Below are positions 32,516 to 44,637 of a stretch of 64,000 nucleotides of DNA, piece by piece (within the stretch, counting starts at the first letter, position 1; the number at the start of each line of letters is the position of its first letter). A program made the position numbers and the translations under genes. The notes under the pieces are model-generated. The model worked only from the letters and a program-made list of their open reading frames with translations. It had not been told where the DNA came from and did no database searches. The DNA is from Flectonema sp. DT1601. Its lineage: Eukaryota. The stretch lies in contig OZ025796.1 in assembly GCA_964019425.1 (NCBI GenBank), positions 992,001 through 1,056,000 on the forward strand. Reading direction: 5' to 3'.

Positions 32516-35500
32516 TGCTGGTCGTGGGGGAGAGAGAATTCGATATTTGAGTATCGTCAACAAGAAAAAGAGAGTTTTCCCGGGTTCGTTCTCGCCGACC
32601 ACCTGCCAACTCAAGATATGGTGCTCCGATTCTTTGTTGCCAGGTATGAAGGAAATAACCACAACGAAAAAAGTGGAAAAAAAGAAGAAAAAAAAGAAAA
32701 GGAAAACAAATCTGCTAGGGGGGAGTAAACGATTTTTTTTATTTTCGCATAAAGACTCGGCCAAACCCTATTATTATTATTTAATATTTTTTTTTCCAGC
32801 CTCCTCCTCCTCCTCCCTCCCTGGAGTCCCTGGAGGAAAAAGTTAAAAGAAAAAAAAAAATCCAAAATTTTGTTTTTTACATTCAACATTATTAGCAAAA
32901 AAAATGTCATTCACACCTCTCGCATTGGATGAATTTTGCATAAAAGAACCCTCGTCAATGTAGGAAGTTGGCTAAGTCTCCTTCAGTGATGTATGACAGA
33001 TAGATCAAACAAACACTTATTGCTAGCTGAGGTGAGAGAAGACGAAAAATGAGTAGAGAAATCGGGACTAAACCTTTGGAGAATAAGGATGAGACCTATT
33101 AAATAACACCAGCGAGCCTACAGTTGAACACAATAAAATACGAAGAGAGAAAAAGGGTAAACATGAAGGGCTGGGGCAGTTGATACTTTTTTTTTTTGAG
33201 AGGAAATATAGTTATTGCCTGGTGAACAATCGACTCTTGACTTCGAAGTTTACGTAGACGTACATTCGTATTTTTCTTTTATTAAGTCTCGATCTCAGAA
33301 TTTATTGTAGAATAGCGAAAGAACTGGGATTAATTGGCAAGACCAACACCCAGTTTCCAAAAGAAACACAAAAAAAAAAGGGGACGGTAACTTGAAATAT
33401 TTAGACGCAGAAAAAGAGGAAAATAAAATACCAATTTAAAAAAAGAGAGGTAAAGGTTTGACATCGTTACAAACAATAAGAATCGGCCATAATTACACAT
33501 CACATCCAATACACCTTTTTTTTTCTTTTTCTTTTTTTTCTTCTTCATTTCCTCAACACATTGTGCCTAACTAAACCATTAACCTTGGCTTCTTTTCCTA
33601 TTTGTGATGGTGTCCTCCAACGTAGCTAAAAACCGAACAACTAAAAAGCAAAAGTCGTGTTCTCACTAAATAGGATGAATCCCGTAGTTTGCGTAACACG
33701 CTAATAAATATGTCGTTCGATGAAAGGAACAAGAAACCAACACAATTGGGTAAAATATTCAGTTGGGGGGGGAAAAAAAAAGTGCGAAAACCTATATTTA
33801 TATCAGGTGAGAATTGATGAAACACTAAAAGATCTTTCTTTCTTGCAGGACTCATCATTTAAAAACTCATTCTTCTTTTTTTTTCTATTTTTTTTTTTTT
33901 CTATTTCTTTTTCTTTTTTTTTTTTTTCTGCCATGGGACCGTTGTGTAGATCGTTATATTTTAAACTTCGTAAATGCTTCTCGTATTGCTAACTTTATTT
34001 GTTGTAAAGAAGTGTCGCTGTTGATTATGCTTAGAAATCAACTTTTTTAACTCGAAACTTGTGAAAAACTCAACGACGTTAAAACGCCGTGAAAAAAATC
34101 CTTAACAATCTCTGTCCGGAACTATGTTTGAGGAATAAAAAAAAAAAAAAAAATGAAATCTGGAAATAAGAGCAGGTAAAATAAAAATAATTAAAAATCA
34201 AACCAACATCAAATTTTTTTTTTAACGAGCAAGGGTATATATTGATACTGTTATTGAGACCACGAGGAAAGGGGAAAAAATTATTATTGTATTGCGTTAG
34301 ATGACTAGTACTAATTACTTAAGCAGGTTGTATTTTTTTTATTTTTTCTAAATAATACGGTTTGCCTATATTTTTTTTTCGGCAGAGGTGGATTTTTCTC
34401 AAATAAAATAACAACAATTTTTTTTTTTTTTTTTTTTTCCTTTTTAGAAATTAAAGTAATAAAAAACGAAAAAGAAGAAGAAAAAAAAAAAACCCCCCCT
34501 CAAAATCTGATTGTATTATTTCGGAGGATGGTGTGACAAAGGCCATGCCAACCATATCCGCTGCTGGTGAGGTCTTAGGGACAACTCGACGCATGGGTGT
34601 ATAAAGCAAAACAGAACGAAAGGATTTAAATTCATTAAACTGCTGTAAGAAAATACACAACAGAAAGTTTATTAAAAATACAACTTGGAACCCCCTCCAT
34701 AGAAGGTTGCCTGTTGTTAGTTTTTTTTTTATAAAAGCTCTCTCGGACACTATGCTAGGTCAGGGGAAATTTATTTTTGACTGCACGCACGGGGGGAAGG
34801 GAATCGACGGGGGAAAAAAAAATTAAATAAATTCAAAGAAATGACGTTCGAATACTTGCAATTGTTTTTTTTCTCCCATTTATTATTTTTTTTTTTAATC
34901 TTTTTTTTTCCTTCGTGCACTAATTTTGCAACTAGAATCAAAATTGGGGGAGAAAATGGGGGAAAGGAAATAAGTAAATAAAAAAAACTCAATTTAGAAT
35001 GTATCAGTGCCTAGGGAATCCGCCACAACACTAGGATCGTGTTATCGAAAGGAGGAGTCTAAATGCTAATGAGCGATTTCTCTTTATCACATTTAAGTTG
35101 TTTGCAAGATACTATGATCACAAACATGAATAACTAATCGACTTCTTTGCTCCCAAGCCACCTATAACAGGCGCATGATAAGCCTCAAATAGGGGTAAAT
35201 TGTTTGCAGGTCTGCCATATGTTGATAACATAGAAAAAAAGAAAAAGAAGGGGGAAAAAGATGGCAAACCAATGTGCACTTGACCAAAAAAAAAAAAAAA
35301 GGCACATCGGCTTGACATATTTCTCTCCTGATCGTCTAAAAATAAATGCCTTCGGGATATTGATGGTAAATAGGCCTCCCGTACATATTTATTTTATTTT
35401 TTTTTTTTTTTTTTTGCAGGTGATTCCAAAAAAAAAAAAAAGAGAATCAGATTGGCTACGCCCAACCGCAATAGTAGCGGACTAAGTGCGTGTGGAAAGA

Positions 35501-35954
35501 AAGAAAAAAAAAAAAAAAAAAAAAAAAAAAAACGAAGAAACGAAGAAACAAACACTTCGTGTTTAATATTACGTGTCGCACAATGAGGACGACGAAAGGT
35601 CAATGCTTTTTTTTTTTTTTTTTTATCAGCGGGGAGGGAAGAATTACAACGAACTTTACAAGAAGCGCTAGACAACTTTCAGCAACGAAGAAGAAAAAAA
35701 AAAAAGGAAGAGAAAAAAGAAAAAAAAGACGAAGACGAAGAAAAAGACAGCTTCACTTGAGCAGACTAGTTCCATAACGTAAGTAATATTAAAAAACTAA
35801 AGTTTCATAGCAAAAGTACGTCTACGATTGGTTTTTTTATCTTACATACACCTAACCACAAGCAGCTTACCACAACAACTAACATCATATTTCCGATTAC
35901 ATCGAAGGACATGAACTTAAGCCTGATTGTTGATTACCTTATTTTCATTCGTTC

Positions 35955-35986
<32 letters not shown>

Positions 35987-36493
35987 CCCTACCATCCCCG
36001 CCGTGTTAAAAGTTTTTTTATAAAAAAAAAGGGAACTTGATACTGTAAGTAAATATACAGCAACTGGCTAAAACTAAATTAAGGTTCGGCCAAACTTTTA
36101 AAAGAGAGGGGGGGTTGCGTATTAGTAGCAAATAACGAAAATTTGTCAAGAGTAATCCGTATACTCTTTACCTCTCTTCTCATCATTAGTATGGTGTAAA
36201 AGAAATTGAAGGGGAACAGGGGTCATATGAATTTTACCAACACTCTGCCTTACGATTTTATTCCTAATAAAAAAAAAAAAAAAAAAAAAATTAAAATTAA
36301 AATTAAAAAGAATAGATTTCAGGGCACGACTTCAGATGACAAGCATCGGACAGCCAGCCAGAAATGTGCAAAAGTAAAAAGTAAAAAACTGGACTCAGCT
36401 TCTTTCTATATTTTGAAATAACTACGTGGATTTTTTTCCTGTGTGCGCGATCCAAAAAAGCGAAAGGACAGAAAGTCACTTTAGCCTCGAGTG

Positions 36494-36535
36494 GTCGGAG
36501 AAGAAACTTCTTAGATTGAAACTAATGTTTTATTT
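36494..36535 (-). mobile_element. Degenerate inverted fragment of the SINE-like element
   Basis: GTCGGAGAAGAAACT (15/15) ...AGATT...GTTTTATTT matches the reverse complement of the 3' end of copies A and B. Confidence 0.5.
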
Positions 36536-37945
36536 CTTAAATTTTTTCGCATTCAACGACATATAAGGCCAAATCTGAATTTTTTTTTTTTTTTTTTTGT
36601 TGTTGCTGTTGTTGCTGCTGCTGTTGTTTTTTTTTGTTTTTTGTTTTTTTTTTTTAAATCCCTTTTTTTTTAATTTTTTATTTACGAAGCACCTGCTGAA
36701 CCAAATAAAAAAAGGGAAGAACAGACCAATCACAGTTGTAAGAAAAGTTGGTAGTCACTTGTATAGATTAGTATATTCAGCAGTGGTAACACACCTACTG
36801 AATTATTGTAAATAATTTTCAAAAAAAAAAAATACACAACACCGTGCAGTACGAAATTAAAAAGGAAAGCCGATATTTTTTTTTTTTTTTTTTCTTATTT
36901 CCTGTTGTCGATGCCAAAAGAATCAGTAGAGCTTTGCTTTTTCACGCCAAGGCAGAGAAGTATCTTATAATCCTCCGCACAGCAATGAGACTGAGCTTGT
37001 GTTACTACAATCGAAACTTTTCGCGTCATGAAACCTTTTTCATGAGGAGTGCAAACCAATGGCCAAGGGTTACCAACAACAATAAAGAAAAAAAAAAGGG
37101 GAGTAGGAAAAAAAAAAGGAAGTTGAAATGGGAAAACAAAAAGTACTACACACAAAACATGAACACAATTCTCAGAGGCAAAAAATGAAAAGGGGAGAAC
37201 AAAAAAAAAAAAAAATAGATACACGCACTCAAAGACAAAATACTACGTAGTGACAATGAAGCGACTGAGGGAAATCCCCATCAGTCTTGTGCATATGTCT
37301 CGTCTCTAGCGAGATTCGGACAGTAGCACGTGGGCAGTTAGACCCGGGTAGGAGGGCAGAAAGGCAAAACGGAAAATGCTTGTTTATCTGTTAGGCAACA
37401 CGTAGTGCATTAGCACAAGTCAAAAAGTTGACTAAAGGAAAAGGCACAATTAAGAAAAGTAATAACAATTATTATTATTATACCAGCTCACTGAGGGTGA
37501 GACAGGGACAAACCTTAACTAATGATTAAACAAAGCACCTTCAACCAACAATCAAACAGTGCCACAACCTGGACACTATTCCTTACTATGTTAACAAATA
37601 GTCTAACAAATTTGGTAATGGCCGAGAAAATACAAAAAGAAATAAATATTATCACGACACAGATCGTTACAAGCCAAGAGGGTCCAGAAAAAAAAGTGGA
37701 ACAGGGGATTTTTCATGCTTTATCAATTGTAAAAAAAATTAGCAAAGAAAAAGATTTAACAAAACAGAGAAAATAAATAAACATCTACAACTACTGATGC
37801 ACTTTATTTTTGATTGACTTGGCACCAAACGCCAGAGGTGGTAATGCAGTGGTGCAAGCCTCGAGTGTGTTTTCTTCCTACTACACCCCTTGTCAACCTA
37901 GGCCGCCTTTGCAAAACCCGCAGAAAAAAAAAAAAAAAAAAAAAA

Positions 37946-38089
37946 CATTCAGATAAAGCCTTATATTTTGTTGATCGTAGCCAGTATAACTGACACACAA
38001 GGAAATAATTTAACATTCGACATAATAAATAAAACGGCTCTTAATCTGAATAGTTTCTTCTCCGACTTCGTCGGTGCAAAAAAAAAAAA
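37946..38089 (+). mobile_element. Structured SINE-like element, copy B (~132 nt + poly-A)
   Basis: Same orientation as copy A; flanked on both sides by A tracts. Confidence 0.6.
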
Positions 38090-40989
38090 GGGAACAAAAA
38101 ATTAATATACCAACAAAAAGAAGAGAATAGAAAAGGCACTGTAGGGAAAGGAAACATAAAGAATAATTAAAAAGTTACCGAGGCTTGAAGGGAAGATGGG
38201 GAACAAAAGTCAAAAGCTGATGTGAAGTGGTCCCTGGCAAGGTTTGGATGACACCTACCTCGTCCAACAGTTTTCCGAGCATCACCGTGCTGCACTGAAC
38301 CGCAGGCAGCACGACTGCCGTTTGCAGACACTCTTCATTCATTCTGGCGCGAATATAACATAGGGATTGCGGTTTCGGAAGTACAACTGAGATAAAGACG
38401 CACAGGTGCACCTCTAAAAAAAAAAAAAGAAAAAAAGCATACATCTTCTTTGAAAAAAAAACCCTTGGTCGAAAAAAATAGACTGGGCGCTGTGGTGTTG
38501 CGCAAATATAAATACAAGGTATCATGAAAATAAAGGCACCCAATGGAGAAAATAAAAAAAAAGAGAAGAAACAAACTAAAATAACATAGTCTTTTTTTTT
38601 TTTTTTTTTTTGTTGTTGTTGGTGTTGCTGTTGTTTTCTTTTGTAAGAGGGAAAACTCATAAAAAAATTAAATAATCAGATCCAATTTAGGAAAAAAAGG
38701 GGAGAGGTTCTAAGGCTAGCCTTGCCAAAGAACCGTAAAAAACAACGAGTGTCGTCATAATTGATACAGCACGAAAGAATGTCTAATCCGGTAGCGTCAA
38801 CCTTCTCAAATTAAACGCAGTTAAAAGCAGGTACAACCGGTGACTGTAAAATAACAAAAATGACTACACCCCCCGTGGTCATCAAAAAAAAAATGCGAAT
38901 GCTGTCTTCTTTTCTTTCTTTTTATTTTTTTTTTTGTTCCCCCGCAAAATTAGCTCAGGTAGAACTTGCAATAAGCACGAATCTGAAGATGCAAAGTCTG
39001 TAAAAATTTGAGAAAAGACACGAAGAACGCGCTCAGGGCACTGATAGCCCAAGTCAGTCCACGGGAGAAGAGAAACACACAGAATATTTCTGATGGAAGG
39101 CACGTGGGAAAATCTCTCGGGTGAAACCTAGAGTGCCAACCTCACCAGACCCATCAAAATGTCAGTTCGCCAAATCAAAAAAAAATGGAAAAAGGGGAAA
39201 AAAACAAAGAACAGGTAATCACTCAATACACATCAATAAATGCGAAGAGGGCTCGCCCAGTATAAATCCTATCGGTTTGGTTCTCTGAACAAAAAAAAAG
39301 AAAAAAAAAATATTGCCAAGCAGAATTCAAAGCTAATCATAGAAAAACGTACCGAGTGAGAGAGGCACAAGAACATCTCTTGGGCACTAAACCCGAAGTG
39401 CCAATCCTTATGACGGAATTATTAAGTATATTGGAATAGAAAAAAATATTACAATGAGATAATTGGGCTGAGAGGTAGAACTAGATTAATGTGAGCATTT
39501 AGTTTAGAACTTCTCTTGGGGCGATGCACAAAGTACCTCGTTTTTTTTTTTTTTTTTTTTTTTTTTTGACAAACTCAAATTTTCTCCCAATTGTGTTATA
39601 GTAGGAATAAAAAGAACGCAAGAATCAGATAAGATAAAAACGATGAAAAAAACATAAACATCCCCGGACTCATAACCCGAAGTGTTTTGTGTCTTAAGAT
39701 TTTGCTTAACTGCGATTTTCCCTACCACAAAGCAAGCAGGAACTAAACGCAAGAATTGGGTAAGGAATTAATGAGAGGGGTTCTGCAGACTCAGAAGTAC
39801 CGCTTTCCTCACATGAAGCCCACGAACCATTTTCTGAAGCAGCAATGACAATAAACTGCCGCCTTAATAATTGAAAGAATCTGTCAGAATTCCCTTCCCC
39901 TTTTATTTTATTTTTTTTTTTTTCCCCTTAATAAGATTTCCATTTCGTTTTATTTATTTTTGAATGGCTTTACTAACGATGCCGTAGGTCGAATTCGATG
40001 TTATTTTTTTTTTTATTTTATTTTTTTTTTTTCTCAAAAAAAAAAAAAAAAAGGGGGGGGATTGATAAGATAAGATTGCCCAAATATATCTTGTGCAATT
40101 TCAACGGCATGCCACTTACAATGTAAAAAAGAAGACAAATAACCACCAAACATAGTAGGTGTGTTACTGCACCACGCATGCCTATTTTTCATATCCAAGA
40201 TTGGAATTTTTTTTTTTTTTTAAAAAAACCGAATAATTGCAAGGGAAAAAGGAAGGAGGGGCTTGAATGTTTGAGTATATTAAGGGAAAAAAAAAATGAA
40301 AGGGAGGGGGGGTGAAAAAAAAAATAAATCTAAACTTCTTTTTTTTTTCTTTTTTTTCCGGTTCCTATTCTTTCTCAAAAAATTGCATATTTTTTTTTTT
40401 TTTACAGCACGCAGCAAAGACGGTGTAATTTTACCAGCAACAAACAATTCTCTGCTTATTTTGTTTTATTTTTTCTTTTCTTTTCTTTTTTTTCCTTCTT
40501 TTTTTTGTATTTTATTTTTTTATCGTTTTCTTTTTTTTGCCAGCTGGCGGCAATCAGTGCTTTAATACCACATGTTATTTTTATTTTATTTTTTTTTCTT
40601 AGTTTACGGAAAAAAAAAAAAAAAACAATCCATTTTGGGGAGTTGATGTGATTTTTTTTTAAGCGTTTATTCAAAAAGCGGTATATAAAAAAAAAAGCAG
40701 CAGTATCTTGGCGGTTTTTTTTTTTTTTTTTTTTGTTGTTTTTTTTTTTGTGCTATTGTGAAGACAAAAAGAAAAGAATAACGTCTGGTTTGAAAGTACC
40801 ATTCCCGATGGTGCAGAAAAAAAAACCATGGTGAAGGAGTCAAGCATGGCTCAGCAGCCAGACTATCGGAAAAGCTACTTTCAGAGGGGGGTTTGCGGTG
40901 AAGTACCTACGTAATACTACGGTGACACCCTGAAAATCCAGGGAACGGAAAAAAATACGGAAATATATCAATCACTAATTGAGACACTC

Positions 40990-42369
40990 TTAATCGCTTA
41001 TGGTAGCGTTAGGAAGGACGCGACGAAATGTAATAGCAATACAGGTTCCTCTCTTGTTGCGGACTCCATTCACTACATCAATCTTGGTCGACGGAATTCC
41101 GTGCTGATGAGTGTATCTTGATGGACCACTTAAGCAGAAAATCGATCTCTTTTTCAGCAACAACTCACGGAACACGTGGGATCTCTTACGTGGACCTTTT
41201 GGAATAAGCTTGAGAGCAACCGGACAGTGAAGAATTAAGGTAAGGATATTCTGGTCAAATAACTGTGGCTTATCAATGTGCATACCAATACCCTGACCTG
41301 GGAGGTACTCATTAACAATGACTTGGTTAGGAATCCAAGGAGTGCTGTCTTCGCATGCAACAGGGTAGGCACCTCTTCCAGGTGTCGCTTCTGTTATCTT
41401 TGTTATTCTGTCAATCAAGAATTGAAAAACAGTTGGCATTGGCTTTCCCTTCTTCAACTTGTTACCACTTTCGTAGTCAAATGAGAATCCGTATTGGCAC
41501 ACTCGTCTGTTCATCTTACCTTGTTCATCCCATTGACTGCTGTAAGCATATTGCACCAACCATTTTTCTTCTTCCTCAGTAATGAAGTTTGGAATGTAAG
41601 CTAAACCTTCAGGCCACGCACCCTGTCCTGGGTAGTCTCTGGCTTCAGATGGATAGTCGGATTCAACTTCAGGAGCCTTCAAAGTTGTAATAGGAGCTGT
41701 TGACTGGTAATGTGGATGAACTGCTGGTAGAGCTGGAACTGACATGACTGGGAATGAAGGAAGAATTTGTTGTCCACTCTGTGAAACATTCATCACACCC
41801 ATTGGAAGCATATTACCCGCCTGAGTATTCTGAAGAGTTGGGACGCTGAAAACTGGAAAAGATGGAACCAATCCCTGAGGAGTGTACTGAGGCGCCTGAG
41901 TGATTTGAACACCAGCACCGTGTTGAACCCGCTGAACTTGTTGCTGATGTTGTTGTTGCTGAAGTTGTTGATGATGAAGTAAAGAATTATCAGGAATAGG
42001 TAATGGCTGTCCTACTACAGATTCATTCTGAACAGGTGTAGCTGAAGGAAGTGATGTTGGAACAGCTGTTGGAGCAGCGTGTTGGAAGATGGCCCCCTGC
42101 ATTGCAACAACTGACTGCGCTCCAACCTGACCAGGCTGTTGCTGATTACTTTGCATCTGTTGTAACTGCTGCTGATTAGCCTGCTGCTGCTGCTGTTGTT
42201 GCTGTTGCAATTCATAAGGATTGTGTGTAGCTGGTTGACCGACACCCTGCATTCCATTTCCTACATATGTCGGTATTGGATATTGCTGCATGCCCTGAAA
42301 ACCAACTCCTTGTTGTCCCGACAAAACTGGGACCTGTGCGCGCTGCATCGGAAGTACAGGAATAGACAT
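40990..42369 (-). CDS. AlkB-family 2OG-Fe(II) dioxygenase (ALKBH8-AlkB-domain-like) with a Q/P-rich N-terminal half
   Basis: GLAYIPNFITEEEE, RRVCQYGFSFDY, NQVIVNEYLPGQGIGMHID (HxD), RYTHQHGI (distal His), ITFRRV. Confidence 0.88.
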   Translation of the reverse strand: MSIPVLPMQRAQVPVLSGQQGVGFQGMQQYPIPTYVGNGMQGVGQPATHNPYELQQQQQQQQQANQQQLQQMQSNQQQPGQVGAQSVVAMQGAIFQHAAPTAVPTSLPSATPVQNESVVGQPLPIPDNSLLHHQQLQQQQHQQQVQRVQHGAGVQITQAPQYTPQGLVPSFPVFSVPTLQNTQAGNMLPMGVMNVSQSGQQILPSFPVMSVPALPAVHPHYQSTAPITTLKAPEVESDYPSEARDYPGQGAWPEGLAYIPNFITEEEEKWLVQYAYSSQWDEQGKMNRRVCQYGFSFDYESGNKLKKGKPMPTVFQFLIDRITKITEATPGRGAYPVACEDSTPWIPNQVIVNEYLPGQGIGMHIDKPQLFDQNILTLILHCPVALKLIPKGPRKRSHVFRELLLKKRSIFCLSGPSRYTHQHGIPSTKIDVVNGVRNKRGTCIAITFRRVLPNATISD

Positions 42370-42659
42370 TATTATTAAAAGAGATGTGAAGAAGACTTCC
42401 TGTATAATCTACGGAGGGGAAACGTGTTAATTTAAAGATTCTGAGTGAAGGACAGAAATACTAACTTTTGAATAAGAGTCTGCCATCATCAGATCTATTC
42501 CCCACCTGTAAAAATATAAACGTCACCACCCGCAGTATAATATTAGATTACAGTAACAAAACAATTGCTTTAGTTTATGCAATCCAACTATTAAGTGGTG
42601 TCCGTGTTATTTCTCTGACATAATAAATACAGCCAAAAGGTTATCAACATTGTCCCTAT

Positions 42660-43980
42660 CTAATCTTTTTTATCACTTATTGCAGTCGGTTCTGTGAGAG
42701 CATCCCACAGCAAGCACAGCAACAGTAGAGAGTGGCATCCCGTTAGAAGCAGTGATGATTCATACTGTGATTTATTATTATTGCTCTTCGTATTTTATAA
42801 TTCTAACCTTATTGAACAATAGAAGAAAGCATACCGTTGATGACTCTCCTTTCCATGGATTCCAGGACAGCTCCACACACAACAACAAGATAGGTTTTAA
42901 CAACGATGGTAGGCAACGAAGATCTACAACGAGGAACAGTAGGGTGTGAAAATACCAAATGTAGAATTGAAAATGTAAAGAACGAGCGAATGCAATACCA
43001 ACAAAATTGGTTATAAAGAAAATCTTTATTAAATACTCGGGTGAGTAAGGGATACAAGTAGATTTAAAGAGGCGAGTGACACCGCCAGCTTTTTGAACCC
43101 AAAACCAAGCAAAAATCGACAAAACGAGCAACTGAGATATCAGCATCCACAATCCGAACTCTTTACTGCTAAACAATCCCGTGCAGTCCTCAAGGAGGGT
43201 TTCCAAGTGGATGGGAAGCGGGTCGCAAGGAACCCATTTAAAATTTACCGACCACTTTTGCTTAAAGACACGAGAAAAGTTAAAAGACGCCGCTCTATAA
43301 GCGTTTGCGTCAAAAGATATGAACGGAAATCCTATCCCATATTGAGCTGCAGCAGACAATACGAGATAGACAATAGCTTTAATCCAACCTTTGTGAACAA
43401 CTAACACTAGTAAGATTGCAGGCAAGACTAATAAAGCATTCATCTTTATTGATAAGGCAAGAGTCCATATCATGATCCCCCAAAAGAATTTTTTATAAGA
43501 AAAAAGTAAAATAGAAAGATACAACAAAACCATCGTTGGGCAATCATTAAACATTCGAAGTAAAAATATAGAATGGATACGTTTACTGGCTGCAAAGAGA
43601 AACACCAAGAACGCTGGAAAGTTTTTATTTTGACGATAAATTGCAGCTACGACTACCAACATCACAACGTACATTACTAAATGAATATACTGCGCCTGCA
43701 ATATATCAGATCCTCCATCAGTAACACTCCAAAGCTGTGCATACAACCATACAAATCCAGCTGGGTATACCAGAGGACCCGTCTCGCCTCTCAGTTTACT
43801 GTAGTTACGTTCACCGTGTTGAATTACAGGTTGTACTTCGTCCATATAAGCTTTCCAGTCTATCTCTGTGTACGGTACCTTCTTTATAATTATTGTCGAT
43901 AGGACTACTTCTCCCAATAAAAGTATTATAATAATTAGTGGCCATGATGTAGCAGCTCGTCGGAGTAATGCAGGTAACAT
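42660..43980 (-). CDS. ALG3: Dol-P-Man:Man5GlcNAc2-PP-Dol alpha-1,3-mannosyltransferase; join(42835-43980, 42660-42764), 416 aa
   Basis: VPYTEIDWKAYM, GETGPLVYPAGF, SKRIHSIFLLRMFND, ARSLHFQFYIWYFHTL. The spliced end STYESSLLLTGCHSLLLLCLLW matches the ALG3 C-terminal helix. Confidence 0.95.
42765..42834 (-). other. GT-AG intron (70 nt, phase 0)
   Basis: ACG|GTATGCTTTCTTCTATTG...GAAGAGCAATAATAAATCACAG|TAT; removal restores the conserved ALG3 C-terminus. Confidence 0.85.
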
Positions 43981-44139
43981 GTTAATGAAATCCTAACATG
44001 AGAAGAAATTAGATAATATTAATGGCTGTCAGTCAATTAAAAAAAACAACAAAAATTTCAAGCAAATAATAATTCGTAGGACAACAACCAAATTATGATT
44101 TGGTTTCGGGCTAAAATTGCAAATTCCTCGAACCTTTCT

Positions 44140-44175
44140 CCTTACCCAGCCCTCTTCAGCGAAGAAAGTAAGGGG
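44140..44175 (-). repeat. 36-nt dispersed hairpin repeat, copy 2
   Basis: 35/36 identical to 2820-2855. Confidence 0.85.
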
Positions 44176-44637
44176 GGCACTACGGTGTCAGGCCTGTCCT
44201 ATTCATCGCGTTTGCCCTTCTCAACAAAGGGAGCACGTCACTATTTAACACAGACCTAGACCCAGACCCCCTATATAGTGAGATAACAAGTTCGGTTATA
44301 TTCGAGTGTGTCCAACACCTGCAAAAAGAAAACATACAAAATAACACAAAACAAAACAGACTTGATAGGATGCTTTGGAAATCAGTATTACCAATTCCAC
44401 TGTACAATAAAACAATGTTCTGTTCTGTTCTGTTCGTTCTTTTTTTTTTTTTTTTGTTCGGTTCTTTTTTTTTAAATGGTATTAGGTGTTTCCCATCACC
44501 CATTTATACATCAGAGTAGTTACAATAAATACAATAACAAGTAGTCCTTGTTGAACAAAGGTTCAATTAGTTTAGGAATGAAGTATGTTTTTTTTTTTTT
44601 TTTTTGGTACAAATAAAAGCAGCGATTCAGTCACACG

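Larger units (their letters stand above)
22700..40930. other. ~18 kb gene-free, homopolymer-rich head-to-tail gap
   Basis: Nearly all ORFs are short and F/K-rich, derived from poly-T/poly-A; no recognisable domain found by eye. Confidence 0.75.

Noticed and set aside
40400..40455. Minus-strand ELFVAGKITPSLLRAVK as the missing GGTGITP exon of the b5 reductase
   Set aside because: Glycine motif incomplete, embedded in homopolymers, no matching splice sites; likely chance.
22950..40674. Dozens of 60-166 aa ORFs in the gap
   Set aside because: Mostly F/K runs from homopolymers, many with non-ATG starts, with no domain motifs.
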